The notes beneath the pieces are model-generated. The model had not been told where the DNA came from. It did no database searches and saw only the letters and a program-made list of their open reading frames with translations. From Gnetum montanum (Eukaryota > Plantae > Gnetophyta), in the NCBI GenBank assembly GCA_015680685.1, contig MNCI01003240.1, positions 494,462 through 558,461 of the forward strand: 64,000 nucleotides of DNA. Direction: 5' to 3'. Shown piece after piece: positions 1 through 14,125 of this stretch. Each line of letters opens with the position of its first letter. Position 1 is the stretch's first letter. A program made the translations under genes and the position numbers.

Positions 1-700
1 AGTAAGAGCAATCTAAAAATCCCAAAATTACTTGCCAAGGATGATACTATCTAAACCACTAGCTAAACAATTTAAACAAAACAAAAAATGAAATGCATAA
101 CTCACAGGACCATGACAAAGAGGCTGAAATCTTTATTCTAGCAAGCCATCTTGCAAGCAATCGTTCACACTTTCTTCTTTACAAAATGCTCTTCTCCCAA
201 GACTCAAAGTGTCTCCAAGTAAGAGCCCAAGTGCTAACTAGTAGCTTTCAAAATGTGATGTATGAGACCTCCCAAAAGTCCCAATATGATGATGATTTCC
301 AAAATGATCCTCCCAATGTTCATCCCCCCAACCTTTTTATAGGGTTCAAAGGTAGGTAGGGAAGTTACAATTTCAAAAATATCCCAAAAATATCTCAAAA
401 ATATCTCACCTAACTTTTCTCACAAGTAATTGGACTAACCAATTAGAAGAATACTTGCCCAACAAGCTAGGAGAAAGTTATGTAGTTAGGGAGTTAGGAA
501 GTTATGCATAAAATTAGGAGAATTTCATGCTAACATTAATACATACTACAAATATTTAAAATATTATAAACATTTTAACATTAATATTACAAATATTTTG
601 TAGGTAGTAACTTATATAATAATATTTAAAAACAATAACGTTTTGAAGTCTTGGGATAATTAAATTAAAAAAAGGGTAAGTTTATAACCGGGGCTTCACA
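1..700 (-). mobile_element. 5' part of an LTR, running out of the window
   Basis: Minus strand starts TGTGAAGCCCCGG at 700, a typical gypsy LTR terminus. TATA-like CCTATAAAAAGG on the minus strand near 332-343. No partner LTR in the window. Confidence 0.55.
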
Positions 701-780
701 CTTAGTGTATATGGTATTATGATTATTTAAAGTTTTATTTGATAAAATGCAACTCCGGTTTACCAGCATCGGCCCAAANG

Positions 781-859
781 GGAGAATTTCATGCTAACAT
801 TAATACATACTACAAATATTTAAAANNNNNNNNNNNNNNNNNNNNNNNNNNNNNNNNNN
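781..859. other. Assembly gap (826-859) with an adjacent 45-bp duplicate
   Basis: 781-825 is an exact copy of 517-561 and sits between an N at 779 and an N run. Confidence 0.85.
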
Positions 860-1678
860 GAATGCATCGGCGTTGGACATGGCTACTATTTTAGAAGGTA
901 GGTTGTAGGAGGAGTGAATGACATACCACCTAAAAATTTGAAATGAGTCCTTTGGAAGAAAAAGCCCTGTTTGGTGAGGAAGTAACCTGCACAAATTATT
1001 GGAAATTATAGGGACGAGCTGTAAACTTGCCTGTCATTGGAACTAATTTCTTTGCAGGCTTTGCTTTCTACTCACGGATTTTTGCAGTACAACCATAGCC
1101 AGACCTTTATGCGTGGGACAGAGGTGATTATTTTTTGCAGATTCACACAAAATAATATGGATTAGAACGTTAAAAAACAGGTTTAGATTTGAGGGTTTCG
1201 ACGTCAGAAACCCTGAAGATTAGTGCAGCGGCAGGGGACTCACTCCAAACTTCAATAGCACCAGATCACGGTGCATCTAGGCAGAGATGTGTTGTTTTTT
1301 TTTGTTTGTTATATCTATTTTTGATTAAGGGTATCTTTCTTCATCGGCAGACATCGACAAAGTCTCTGTACCCATTTTCATGACTGCCGTGTTCGCATAT
1401 TTCTGTTAGGGTACATCAATAACATTGTGCTAGTGCCGCTACCACCCTCTTCATCTGCCGATATGCCTCTATCCTTCGCTCATGTGCTATGGAGCAAGGC
1501 GTTGGTCCTAAATCACGCATGCATGCTTAGCACCACAAAAATGCTCAATAAACACAGGTATAGCTGCCACTATTGCAGGAAATCCATTTTTCAGAGCATA
1601 GAAAGGTAAGTAACACATCCGATGAAGGGTTTCATCAGGATATATTGATACAAACTGGTCCTTCAAAACAAACTGTGA

Positions 1679-1977
1679 CAAATTGTCCCTGTGCAGGACT
1701 TGACCAATCAAAGATAATCTGACTTGCTTTCCATGAAGACGTTTGTTTTAAAAGAAACTGCAAATCCAATTATACAATTCCACTGCTTCAATTTGTGCAA
1801 TGCAACAGAAAAATCAACATCTCCATTGGGAACCTAAATAAAGTTTATGCTTGTCTTTTAACATCCTTCTCCTAGTCTACGGGAAAATTTAATAAAATCC
1901 CCATATGCTAAAAAATGTGTGACAGGACCTCTTATCATGAGATGCAGAGCCAATGCCATCCTAATGTTACCATTGAG
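1679..1977 (-). pseudogene. NYN-domain endoribonuclease fragment (plant DNE1/MARF1-like)
   Basis: Manual translation: GNIRMALALHLMIRGPVTHFLAYGDFIKFSRRLGEGC*KTSINFI*VPNG/DVDFSVALHKL...DY(frameshift)FDWSSPAQGQF. This matches the recalled plant NYN consensus GNIRMAL..HP....AYGDF..FPRRLREGCQRTG...DVPNG...SGDVDF..ALH.L...WDW. It has stops, a frameshift and an internal deletion. Confidence 0.85.
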
Positions 1978-2139
1978 TCATATCTATCTCTCTCTCTCTT
2001 TTAAAAACAAGTAATAGAAATCAATACCTTCTCATATTACATATTGCCATTTCAAATATTTGTATTGAAATATTTAGAAAATATCAATCATCTCATGTCT
2101 CTGTTCCATAAAATGGCTAAAATGTGCCAACACTAGGAT

Positions 2140-4721
2140 CAAGTTAAACCTAGGTGTTTCTTTAACTAGGATGAAGTTAGCAGATTTGGAAAACTATTCC
2201 TTGGATGTGAAATACAAAGAGATAGAACTTGGAATTGCTATTTATGATCCATTGAATGACTTGAGTGTAAAGGTAGAGGTTTCTTAGATGTTTTTAGTTA
2301 TGCCTAGTTTATCAACAACAATAAACAATATCATGTTGGTTGTTGTCCCATCATCCACATGAACACAATGAACCTTATACTTGCCAATACATATAGTAAT
2401 GAGAAGATGATTAGATAGCATTTCTTTGTTTCAAGAGTCAATATTCACCTCACATTCATGAAATTTAAGGATGGATTGATATTTTTCTCTCCTAAGTAAA
2501 GCTTGCTCAATGGAAAAATGGATGGACCCTTTGTTAGTAGGCATGTCTCTACTCATAAGGATAGAAGTCAATGTTTGAGCTAGTATGTCTCTATGAGAAG
2601 GAGAGGTCATGACCAAATCATATAAGTTTAGTAACATATTTTTATTCTTTTGGATGAATATCTTGGTTTGTTCCATCATTGTGAGGAAAATCTTTCTCTT
2701 GGCATGTGATCTTTTAGCCTCGGTGGTCCTGATTTCCTTCATTCTTTCTAGATTTTTTGGCTCATGTTTCCATGTGTGTGCCTTGGACAACCTTTTCATG
2801 GATGTAGCTAATCTTGGTGTAGGTCTTAGTGGGTCCACTTGTTTCTAGGCCTTGTTTTGTTAGCTACATTTAGTGGGCTTAGTTTTTGGTTTCATGATAG
2901 GCTATTTTTGTCATAGTTGTGGTGATGATTTCTTGCTAACTATTGAGTTATTTGCCACTATAGGTAAATTTTGGTCACGGTTTGTCATAAGTTTACTTGT
3001 TGAAGGTAGAGGAATCCTAATAAAAAATGGTTTCTCAGCCTTATAAAGATTAGTAATGCTTCATTTTTGTTGTGATGTTGATGCCATTGAATGTGGGACA
3101 TGTATCACAAAAGGCTTCTTAGGGGCTAAAGGTGGTGGTACATGTATGACAAAGAACTATCTAGGATTTGTGTTTTAGGGTTGAATTGGTATCTTGATAA
3201 TAAAAGCTTCTATAAGATGTTTGGACTGTTCAACTGCTGTGAATGAGGACACAATGTAAGAGCTATTGTTGGTGTTTGGAGAGTTGGGCTTATTTAACAC
3301 TAGCTCCTCATAATTAATAATCTTCTAGATGTCATATTTTAATGATGGGAAAAAATTAGTATCATGATTAGCCATTTGATGATAACATAAAAACTTATAT
3401 AATCTAAAGTACTTTGGTTGTTTAAGATTGAATTTGGTTACTATCATTATATCCCTAACTATCTCACAAAGATAATCGTCTCTCTTACAAGCTTCCTAAG
3501 ACATATGCTTAAGTTACATACAATTGTTTTTAAGAAACTATTCAAAAAGATCAATGGGCTTCATAGGCAACCTAGTGTACTTAGTTCTATTCTTTTATCC
3601 AATGTTTGGTCTTGATTGATTGGGAGCATATGAAGTGAGTGGTTGTGATGTGTCAGAAGATGTTATGTGGTGGAAATCTTCATCATTTTTCTTTTTCTGT
3701 ATCCTTGGATACTACAACCATAGTTTTTTTTTCTTGATTAGTTTTCTTCCTATCCCTCCTTACTTGTTGATTTTTATAGGCTACATAGACCAAATCGTTA
3801 CTAACCTTAGCCACTTCCTTGATGTTTTTTAATTTGCAAAAAGACTTGGCTTAGTGATTAGGGCTCTAAGTAGTAGAGCTTTGACTTGATGAAGTCATTT
3901 ACTACTTTCTTGAAGATAGCTGAAAGATGGACTTCAAAGATAGGTTTTGGAATTTCATTGAAAGTTAAATTTCATCTCTAAATAAACCTTTGAACTAGTC
4001 TGAGTGGCTGCTACCTTCACCTTTGTTAGTTAGTCCAATGTTGTATTTAGCTTCAAGTTGTATCTAAAGCAGTTGATAAATTGGTTTATTAGGTCTTGAA
4101 AGGAAGAGATAGAACCTATAGACAAGGTTTGGTACTAATATAAATTCTTTCTTTTCAAAGATAGTGAAAATACATAGTATCATATGAGGCCACATTTGCA
4201 ATAAGAGTTACTTAGAATGAAAGGTGATCAGATGTATATTAGGATTCCCTTCATCCTTGTATTTGGTGAATTTTGAAATAGGCATGCCTATAGGTAAGAT
4301 TATTTGAGAAATGATAAGGCTTATAGGATCATCCTAGTAGAATTTTATAACCTTCACCATTTGTGTGATACTAGCTTTAAGATTCTACAAATCTTCAATA
4401 AGTTTTTGGATCATTTGGAAGGCTTGATCTAAGCCTTGGTTCATCCTTGTAGACTGCAATGTTTATACTAATGAGTGTGAGGAAGGATGAATGATTTGAG
4501 GCTATGTAATTGGAATTGGAATGGACTGAAGTGGTTGTGTGACCACCATTGTAGGTGGATTAAACAAGGATAAGGATGTTTGAGTTGGGACATGCAAGAT
4601 GAAAGGAACAAAGGAAGAATGAGAAGCTTGTGAAGCCTAAGATCCTATAGAGAGGCTTTTTGGGATGATGAAAGGAGGTGGAATGGTAGATATGACCAAT
4701 GATGGTTGTATTGAATGAGTT
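2140..4721 (-). pseudogene. Decayed gag-protease of element A
   Basis: ORF 2431-2838 (LLNLYDLVMTSPSHRDILAQTL) and the protease motif VHVDDGT at ~2340-2365 align with elements B and C. Many stops. Confidence 0.85.
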
Positions 4722-6015
4722 TGAAACAACAACAAGAAATCTAACGAACTTGAGGCTCGAATTTTATTGTAAAATGTAAATATTATAATCTATGAGACGA
4801 AATTTCACATATTTTAACTTTTGGGGCTGAAAAAATGCCTCATAAGTTGTGATAGCCTTAATTCCCAAGTCCAAATAGTCATACCATATTTATATTTGGA
4901 CTTGGAAAGGTTAAAATGCATTTTGGACTACCAAAATTAGAATTTTTATGGGTTTTTGTGGGGACATAGCCTCAACTATGTTTGAACCACCTATCCCCAG
5001 TCTTGGCGGTATTGGATTTTTATTGTCCCAGAAATGATTAGCATAGTTACCATAATTACTAATGGTGTTCCATAAGGCCAATGTATGAGTTGTTGGATTT
5101 CCATTTTTTTCATGAAGCCAATGTTGGAATGATTGGGGTTTTTAGTTTCCCAATGATGGCCAACATAATCACTATGATTCTCAATAGTTTCTCCATGGCT
5201 AGCATCATCACTATAATTCCCAATGTAGATGCAAAAAAGCCAGTGTACTTCCAAAAGTCCATTTACTATTTTTAGTATCCAGTGTGGTTTTGATGATCTT
5301 GGATGCATCAAAACTTACCACAAATGGAAACTATGTTGGAGTTGAAAGCCTAATATGCTTGCACATGATTTTAATCTAACAACAATCGTGGCAAAAAATT
5401 TGCAGCAACAAATCAAACATAAGAAACTTATTTAAACCAAATTCTAACATGTTGAAAGGAATTTTTGACAAATTAGCAATCAACTAAGCATTGGAGAGTC
5501 CTAATGCAGTGCCTAGTAACAAGAAAAGGTAATCATTTTCCACCACTTTTTAACTAATCTAGAAAATCTATGCCAAAGAACCAAATAGGAGTTTCAAAAG
5601 CTAGAGCTTGGAAGCACTTAGATCATAAGGTTGACCATAGAACACAACCTGCGAACTTCAATAGACTACAGGCTTTATTGGTGAAACTCCTTTTGCATTC
5701 AAGCACACACCCTTGTACATGATTTGAAATCTATGTTATCAGAAATTCCATTGTTTTAATAAAATACACAATTTATTTTCTAGTGCAAGTGAATCATTTA
5801 AATATTACAAGTTCATTTTATGCATTTTTTCTAGTTTTAGATATGCAAATCTTTAAAATTGATTCACACCCATTTATAATTTCTAAGTCCCTAAATGATT
5901 GGCAAGACCATCCTAAGCTCTTCAAATCTATTTTTGGAGGCCCTTAGGATCCAAAGTTAAACTTTTTCACCAAGAATTTTTGAATTTTTAGTGACTAAAT
6001 TTTTTAGGCATTATA
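4722..6015 (+). repeat. 5' LTR of element B
   Basis: Starts TGAAACAAC, is alignable along its length to 23859-25172, and is followed by the PBS. Confidence 0.85.
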
Positions 6016-7429
6016 GTTTCTAGCACTAGGAGGGTCTCTACCAGAATTCTTAGCCTTAAAATTTTCCAGCTATTTTTAAAAACCAAGCCTTCCACATTTC
6101 AAAATTCAAAAGCTACAAACATCTACCTATAAAAACCAATGTAGATGTTCAATCCCCCACAACTAATATCTAGTGTAGTTGTTATGGGCGATTTGGGTTT
6201 CTACATTATTTTCACAGCAATTGCTAGGAGTTCTAAGGCTAGCATAGTTCACACACAAATCTAAGATTTTTGCTAGTTAAAACCTACATTTAAGGTGTTC
6301 CAAGGGCCAGCATAGCTTTGTCCAAATGCCCAAATTCATCTACTATGAAATTTTGCAAAAAACCTAGCATAGTCACTCCCAATACTTGAGTGTAGTCATT
6401 GGGAAACCCAAAATTTTTTGCATTTAATTTTTCAAAACCAACACACCCCCATTGGAGGAAAATATTCCCAGCTTGGCTTTACCAAGTAGAAAACCATTTC
6501 CTACCACCTACCCTAGCATAGTTGGCTACGCAATATAGTGGTACTACACATCCTTCAGCATAGATCCTACTAGTAAAGCCAGCATAGTTTCTGTTACCAA
6601 CTAAAAAACCACCACATTTTCCAAGGTGTTGTATACAACATTTCCACTACAACTTGCACTATACCTACAATTGTAGTTTAAACTATTTTCTAGTCATAAC
6701 TTGTTACACCCTTGGGTAATTCCACTTATAAATTCTTTCGTTTGGTTAATTAGAAAAAATCTCTAAATTTTTCCAAGAAAACCAATATTGCCATTCATCC
6801 TACTACAACTAAGACTCAGTGTGGTCATTGTAGTTAGTTTGGGTGTTGCTATGAAATTCATAGTACTTGCTAGACTTTTAAAAGAAAACATAGTATCCCA
6901 AGAAACCTAAAACATTTGTTGTGAAAACTTAGCCTTAGGTTTTCCAAAGGCCATCTCACATCTCCCCCTTTACCAAACTACTCAACATAGTTTTGGTAAA
7001 CCAATTATATTTTAAATCACCATCAAAACCCCAATGTTTCTTTTCAAGATACGTAGTACATCTTTTGAAATATAACATTTTTCTTGGCTTCACAACAAAA
7101 TCAAGCATAATTTCCATAGATGGAAAGTACACCAACACCCCTTAAACAAGCAAACCAAAAACTTGCTATTTTTATCACCAACATACTTTTGGAAAAATAC
7201 CAACATATCTTTCCAAAACCCAACATATCACAAATAACCATCTTTTTCATATTTAAATTTTAATTGCTAAACTTTTCAAAGTCCAACCTAGTTCTATAAA
7301 GGCCAACTTAGCTTTTGATAGCTTTTGATATTCCAACTTAAATTTTTTTATACCAATTAATGTCTTTTCATAGATCAACCATTCTACCTATAAGCCTAGC
7401 ATACACGGCCTCTAGCCAAGATGTAGTTT

Positions 7430-10400
7430 ATGTATATGACTTGAAAGACCCTGTGGTCATAGAATGAAGATAGTCACTTAGTCAAAGGGGTAAAAACCTA
7501 AATTTCATGATCATTAATAAGGAGTTCTAAAAATTTCTCTATGCCAAGATGCAAGCTAGATTGCTCATACCAAGGTCCAAATCTAACGCTAAGGGTCAAT
7601 TCGAAATTATACATTAGGATGGAAAAAAATACATCTCATCTCTTTATGATAAAATTTTCCTCATTAAATTTTATGCACAAATGATCATACAACTTATAGA
7701 TGTTGATACGTTTAGTGAGAGAATTAACTCAGAGGATCACCAGGAAGAGCTTGATGAATTTGAGGCCAAACCAATGTTAGACACCTTCATCAGGAGCCTT
7801 TTCTAATGATCAACTTTCCAGAAAATTTCCCCTAGCTTCATGTCTCCTACCTCATTTGTGGGACAATTCCCTTAGCCTAATTTACCTCTTGTCCAATTCC
7901 CCTCATCAAACATCAACACAAACACAAAAAACCATGGGGATGCCCCAAGGCTTGGATCAAGCCTTTCAAATGATCCAAGACCATACTAAAGAGCTACAAA
8001 GACTCAAGGCCAACATAACTTAGATAGTCAAGGTTCTAGAATTTTATCAACATGATCACATAGGCCCTATGTTTCCTCAAATAATCTTACCTACAAGAAT
8101 TCCCATACTAAAATTCACCAAATACAATGGTGAAGGAGATCCCAATGCACATCTAGTCATCTTGCAATTTGAGTACCTCTTTTTCCAAGTTTGGACCACA
8201 TATGATATTGTGGATTTTTCCCATGTCTCTTAAAGGAAAGGCTCTAGATTGGTACCAAACCTTATGTAGAGGTTCCATATCTTTCTTTGAATACTTAATA
8301 AGTCAATTTTTCAACTACTTTAGGTACAACTTGAAGCTAGATGCCACATTGCATCAACTAATGAAGGTAAAGCAAGGACCACCTAAACCGATCAAAAGGT
8401 TCATTCAGAGGTGGAATTCAATGCTTAACAAGATTCTAGAATCTATCTCTAAAATCCACCTCTTAGCCATCTACAAGGGAGTAGTGAATGACCTCATCAA
8501 GTCAAAGCTCTACTATTTAGAGTCTTGATCACTGAGCCAAGCCTTCTTACAAACCAAGAACATTGAAGAGGAAATTGAGGCCAACAATGATCTAGCCTAT
8601 GTGTCCTATAGAAACAAACAAGAAAAGAAGGATAATAATAAAACTAGTTAAGAAAACATTATTGTAGCTATAGTGAAAAAAGAGTTAAAATAAGAAGGAA
8701 GGTGAGGATCACAACCGTGCAACACATCTTCTAACTCGTTACAACCATTCACTTGCTATGTTCAAAATCAACCAAGACTAAACTTTGGATGAAAGGATAG
8801 ATTGAAGTATGTAATGTTATCAATGAAGCCCTATAAGAAGTTGGAATAGCTTCTTAAATACAATCATATACAACATAAGAAACTATTTGAGGAAGCTTGT
8901 AAGAGGCATGATCATCTTTGTGACATAGCTAGAGACCCAACAATAGCTATTACAGATAATCCAAAGCTACCAAAGTACTTCAGACTAGATAGGTTTTACC
9001 ATTACCATCAAATGGATGTTCATGACACTAATTCTTTTCTAGCATTAAAGGATAACATCCAGAAGATGATTAACTATGAAGAATTATTGTTAAATTAGTC
9101 CAACCCTCCAAGAACTAACAATAACTCTTACACTATAGCCTCATTCATAGAAACCAAACTTTTTAATCCTCCTAGCAAGCTATTTGTCATGAAACTACCA
9201 TTGTGGTCCCAAAACACAATCCCTAAAGAGCCCTTCATCATATGGGTACCATCTCCTTTAGCTCCTAATAAGCCTTTCATCATATGTGTTCCACCTTCAA
9301 TGGCATCAACATCACACCCAAGACCAAAATTTGCTAATTCTCTAAAGCCTAAGGAACCATTTGTTATTGGGGTCCCTCCACCTTTAACAAGTAAAACCAC
9401 AATCACTCATGATCAAATCCCACCTATAGTGGTATGTAACTTAGAGGTTAGTAAGAAGCCATCACCCCATTGATGATCAAAACAACCTATCATCAAACCA
9501 ACAACTGACCTCATTAAATGTGCCTAATAACCAAAGGCTTCAAAATCAACTTAGCAAGACCTATACCAAGGCCAACTACATCCATGAACAATGGTCCCAA
9601 GGCACACATATCAAAAGCTAGATCATAAACTGCAGGAAGGTTGGAGGAATTTAAGACCACTAAGGTTGAAAGATCACACACCAAGGAAAAGAATTTCCTC
9701 ATAATAATAGAGCAAGCCAAATGATCATTGAAAAAAAGAACACATTATCAAACTTGTATGAATTACTCATGACTTCTCTAGCTCATAGAGATGCACTAGC
9801 TTAGGTGTTAACCTCTATCCTTATGAGCAGAGACATTACTATTGATAAAAAATCAATCCACTCTATCATCAATCAAGATTTACTTAGGAAAAATGAGCAT
9901 CAACCCATGCTCAACCTTCATGATAGTGAAGTGAAGATTGACCTTGGTATAGAAAAGTATTATTCTCTCCTCTCCTCATTATTATACATGTTGGTAGGTA
10001 TAAGGTTCACCAAGTTCATGTGAATGATGGGGTAGTAACCAACATGGTATCATTTTCTATTGTTAACAAGCTAGGCTTAGCTAAGAATGTTAAAAAAACC
10101 ACAACCTCAATAATCAAGTCATTTAATGGATTACAAGTCATAGTGCAAGGTTCCATATCCTTGGATTTTGTAGCTAATGAGCAATTTCGTACATCCACCA
10201 ATTTCCTAGTGGTTGAAGAGACACTTGGCTTCAACTTGATCCTAGGAAGACCATGGTTAGTTAAGCGTCACATGGTCTCATTTCCTATACATCAAGAGAT
10301 CCATTAACCATATGAGAAAGGGGAATCTATGATCCATGGAGACAATTTGTTAATACCTTTAGTTAACTATGTCAACATCAATTGAGGTTCAAAGGTGATT

Positions 10401-10590
10401 TTTCAAGAGGAAACTCCTAATACTCAGACTAGGACCAACAACAATGAGAATAATAACAATGTGAATAACACTAAATTGTCAATGAAAATGCCTACAACTT
10501 GCCATTTTGAATAAGAGATATGGTAAGCATAAGATCATGCCAAAGGGACTCATTGATCTAATGAAGATCATACAACAAGTTCATGATAAA
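7430..10590 (+). pseudogene. Decayed gag-protease of element B
   Basis: KYNGEGDPNAHL, IFPMSLKGKALDWYQTL (retrotransposon gag) and GFNLILGRPWL (protease C-terminal motif) in ORFs 8169-8528 and 10020-10307. Start approximate. Confidence 0.88.
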
Positions 10591-10717
10591 TTTCTTATCC
10601 CTTCTTTGGTTAATGGTTGGTTGTTTACTTTTGCAACATTATGTCATGTTTTAATTATGGCTCTAACCTTACATGATCTTTTGAGAGCATCCCATACCTG
10701 CTAGGAAAGTATGGATC

Positions 10718-11058
10718 ATGGCCTGGTAAGGCCTAAAACTAGCAAACTTATAGCCTGCTAAGGCCTAAAATTGGAAACCTCATGACCCTCTAAGGCCAAA
10801 AACTAGCAACCTTATGGCTCGCTAAGGCCTAAAACTCTCAACCTTATGGCCTACTAAGGCCTAAATCTAGAAATCGTATGGCTTGCTAAGGCCTAAAAAT
10901 GGCAACCTTATGGCTCCTTAAGGCCCAAAACTGGGAACCTCATAGCCCACTAAGGCTTAAGATTGGCAACATTATGGTCCACTATGGCCTAAAATTAGCA
11001 AAATGCAAGGTATGTCAAGGCTTTAAATTGGTGGCTTGTCATGGCCTAAAATTGACAA
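10718..11058 (+). repeat. 32-bp tandem array (~10-11 copies) after gag-pro of B
   Basis: Unit ~ggcctaaaactagcaaccttatggcctgctaa; aaggcc recurs every 32 bp. Confidence 0.9.
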
Positions 11059-13700
11059 TGTTTGCATAACTTGTTTACAATAGTTATGCCTTAGTCTACC
11101 TTTTTGTTGGTCTAGTTAATGCACATTTTTTACTTTATTAAATATCGACATATAACTACATGATTCAACTAATGTAGCCTAGTGTATCCTTATGACATGA
11201 GTAAAACATAAAACACATAAGACACATAAAACTAAACATAGCCATGGTCACATAGTGTGACAACAATTTAAACATAAGTAGAACATCCATAGCTACACTA
11301 TGTAGTAATTAAAGAAAAAATGATGATAAACCATCTCTTAATAAAATCAACAACAACAAATAAACTAGCTAAAGATATAATTAGCAAATAGTGCTAAGAT
11401 GCAACTAGAGGTGGTGGAGGATCACTTCCAATGTTATCACCACTAGGGACCATTGCCATCACCTGTAGCCTATAATAACTAAAATAAAATACATTAATAA
11501 CTAATAGAGGCTTTATCATTGCAATAAAAATATCAGAAATACATTAACGCTACCTATACAGCTAGGGAGGTTTGTAGTTTTAACAATCAAAATTGCAACT
11601 ATCTAAGTCTAAGTCTAGGGACTAAGTATAGATAAAAAATTAACAAAATTCAACATATATCCTATAGTTCCAAGCCTGGAAAAATTTTTAATAACAACAT
11701 AATGCCTTAAAAAAATTTCACAAAAGTTACAAAAAAGCACAAAACTGAAGAAAACAACTATAGTCATTCATTGGTAAAAAATATGAAATTTTTTTAAAAA
11801 TTTCTAGAATCAGTTCTAAACCCTATCTAACACCTCAGAGGATCCATAAGAACCTAGGAAATTGGTTGAAAAAAGTTTCCATAGTATGAATGTTGCCTTC
11901 ACAGGGGTAAAACTGTGAAAGCCAAAAATCTGACTTTCCACCAATTCACGAAAAAATTTATTAAAAATTAACCACAAATTGAAATTTAATTATTCTAGAA
12001 TTTTTTGAAGTATTAAGTGATAAATTAAAAATTCAAAGCCTGAAAATGCAAAAATTCCTATCCATTTTTGAGAAAAAAATTAGAAAAATGTCATGAAAAA
12101 TAGAAAAAAAACTACAAAACTACCTATGTAGTAACTTATAGAAAATTTAATAGAGAATTCATCGTAAGTCAAAATCCAATAGTTAAAATTTTTTTTTGAC
12201 CATTAAATATAGTACTACAAACCTATGATCATAAAAACCAAGAAATAATAACCATTTTCACATAGAAAAATACAAAACTAGTTGCTTTTTGGTGGGAAAA
12301 GCTCAAACATGCATTGAAAAGACTAAAACCAAGTTGATAACCAAGCATAGGATAATCCCAAGACTAGAGAAATATCTAAAACCAATGAACATGACCTAAA
12401 TATAACATATTAATTTTATGAAATTCAATTTTAACAAATACACAAACCTACCCAAACAAAAACACCCAATTTTCTAGTAAAACTTCTTGAGAAATGATTA
12501 GAAATTGTGTATCTAGGGATTATAGTGAAAGAACCTTCATTAATCAAGGGTCATAGTAGGTTGGAGAGCCTTCTTGCAGTAGCTTCAGCCTTATCCAAGG
12601 TTGGATTATTACTAGTTGTAGCTCTCCTCTTTGACATTTTGAAAAAGTAGCACCAAAATTAATAAAACCTTTGAATCTTTTGAACTCTTGTAGCAATTAC
12701 ACATACTTGGAGTGGGATAGCTAGAATACACTGAGAATAGGTGTGGTTGAGGCAAAAATAGGATCTAAGCTCTAATTCTAGGCATTATAGGTTACAACCG
12801 ATAAGAGAATTATCATTTCTGCAAAATTATAATTTGGTAACTAATCCTAAACTTATGCATTGATCATTGAAACCCCAGTTTTTCAAAACATTCACACAAG
12901 TCCCACTTAACTCAATGATCATAATTAGAAGGTAGGACTATGTTGGGTTGGTGGAAAAATAATTCATGTTACAACTCAAACTTAGGATGGGGTCCACTAG
13001 GAACCTCTCCAACAAGCCAATGGAAATCCTAAAACACTTGGATTTTTGACATCTCCATGGTAACTACACCAGGGTTTAAGCATCCAAAATCCTTTAAATG
13101 AATTCCAAACTTTAAGTGCTACTAGAACCCACCTCCTATGCATCCATCCATGCCATATTTAAACCAAGAAACCTTATGCCATAAATAGGAAACTAGGTGT
13201 TGACATTGGAAATCGTCATACACTGAGAGAAGCCAGAAATCATATTACAACTTACTATTTAAAGTAACTACACTAGCCAGTACTCTAACTATGTTAACCA
13301 ACATAGTCCCTAGTGGGATAATATCTTATACCACCAACTAGACTCCAAATAAACTCAATAAAGATCACACCATGTACCAAACCCTAGCTAGAGCCTCCAA
13401 CATCTCTGGAACTTTACAAGAATAGTGAAAAGGCACCAAAAACCATACATCTTACATGGACTACACTAGAAGATGTCTCAACTACATTAGTTAGCATAGT
13501 CCCAATGTATTTAAACAAGAGATGAAGACCAAAAGCTAAAATAACCCCTAAATTAACACACCTTGAACCAAAAAATATCCAACAAGTTTGAGATGTAAGA
13601 AAACAAAAAAATGGAATAATTCCTATTCCTAGCTTTAAACTATACTAGGGATGGCTAGGACTACATTAGCCAATGTAGTCGCAACATAGTTGAAAGAGGA

Positions 13701-14087
13701 TGTACCTCCTAAAATCGTCGGTCCCTGGCTGCAAGGAGAAACAGAGACCGTGGGATCGCAGGACGAGCACAGATGACCCTACCTTCGCCTGAGGGAGAGC
13801 TAGAATGCACGAAGGTAGAGTACCTTGGGTGGTCCGCATGCGGATCAGACAAGGATTTCCCCGAGCGTCACCGCAGTGTTATACGCTGGGTTATGCATAA
13901 ATAGTGTAGCGGGCGTAAAACGGAGCGAGCAATGAAAATAGGGCGTAAACAAAATATAGATGGTGTAACAGCGTAAATAGCGTAAACTGATATACGCAGC
14001 GTAAATTGAGCATAAACCTGAACACAGCGTAAACAGGGCGTAAACTAGGCGTAAAGCATAAACATGGCGTAAATAGGGCGTAAACAT
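13701..14087 (-). repeat. Partial 3' LTR of C (3' ~390 bp only)
   Basis: Aligns to 18680-~19075 with mostly transition differences. The U3-side ~800 bp and the PPT are absent. Confidence 0.9.
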
Positions 14088-14125
14088 GGAAATGTGATTA
14101 TAAACGTAAAACGAAAAGTAAGTAC

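Noticed and set aside
781-825. 45-bp exact duplication
   Set aside because: It is flanked by Ns, so most likely a scaffolding artefact.
800-994. Short ORF next to the gap
   Set aside because: It spans Ns and I recognise no homology in any frame.
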